DNA of 63,144 bases, counting the filler, from Octopus bimaculoides (lineage: Eukaryota), in the NCBI RefSeq assembly GCF_001194135.2. It is 6 parts of 6 records of this genome, joined end to end, with 100 filler letters (N's around TTAATTAATTAA, not from the genome) between each part and the next. Parts side by side here need not be neighbours in the genome. Positions count along the whole stretch, not along the records: positions 54,968 to 63,144 come from NC_068981.1; 5 more parts are not named here. The stretch is one strand, 5' to 3'. Below the pieces are notes generated by a model. The model ran no database searches and had not been told where the DNA came from. It worked only from the letters and a program-made list of their open reading frames with translations. The position numbers and the translations under genes were made by a program. This document shows, piece by piece, positions 62,940 through 63,144 of this stretch; position 1 is the first letter of the stretch; each line of letters opens with the position of its first letter.

Positions 62940-62992
62940 CTACCATTCTCACTTCTTGTTCTATCTCTTCTTTCCTCTTTCCTTCTTTATGG

Positions 62993-63044
<52 letters not shown>

Positions 63045-63144
63045 TCCTTTTCTCTCTCTCTCTGTCTCTATCTGTCTGTCTGTCTCTATCAGCGTGTCTG
63101 TCTCTATCTGTCTGTCTGTCTTTCTCTCTTTCTCCCTCCCTCCC
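62940..63144. repeat. CT-rich/(CTTT)n polypyrimidine tract
   Basis: Direct reading. Confidence 0.9.

Noticed and set aside
12782-63000. Long ORFs in the track containing X runs or poly-YI/CV/HT/N/I/L
   Set aside because: They are translations of N gaps and microsatellites, not genes.

Overview
AT-rich, microsatellite-dense animal genomic DNA with many N gaps. The SINE families and repeat landscape look like an octopus draft assembly (inference, no database search possible). There is no CRISPR, rRNA or true tRNA gene, and most entries in the ORF track are microsatellite or N artefacts. Host genes: (1) the last two coding exons of a + strand contactin-like gene (FN3 C-terminal half at 2478-2652; terminal exon with a hydrophobic GPI-type tail at 3321-3439), neither in the ORF track; (2) a candidate signal-peptide first coding exon on + (18951-19055); (3) an unidentified 147-nt exon on - (50224-50370). 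The third lies in a CpG-depleted block (47243-54867) bounded exactly by two artificial scaffold linkers. The rest is mobile-element debris: three tRNA-type SINE families, RLE (R4/Dong-like) and RTE LINE fragments, Tx1/L1-like pieces, a Penelope-like element interrupted by a 1075-bp solo LTR, a Helitron 3' end, a Helentron-type non-autonomous element, rosa (DD41D), maT-like, mariner and Tc1 relics, and two MITE-like foldbacks. The most notable structure is a minimal type I hammerhead ribozyme abutting (CCCTAA)3 inside an inverted repeat (15231-15440); a second, truncated hammerhead is fused to a Tc1 fragment (~61556). Artefacts: an Illumina adapter remnant (13129-13141) and five 44N-TTAATTAATTAA-44N linkers. 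Family assignments come from manual translation and remembered motifs.
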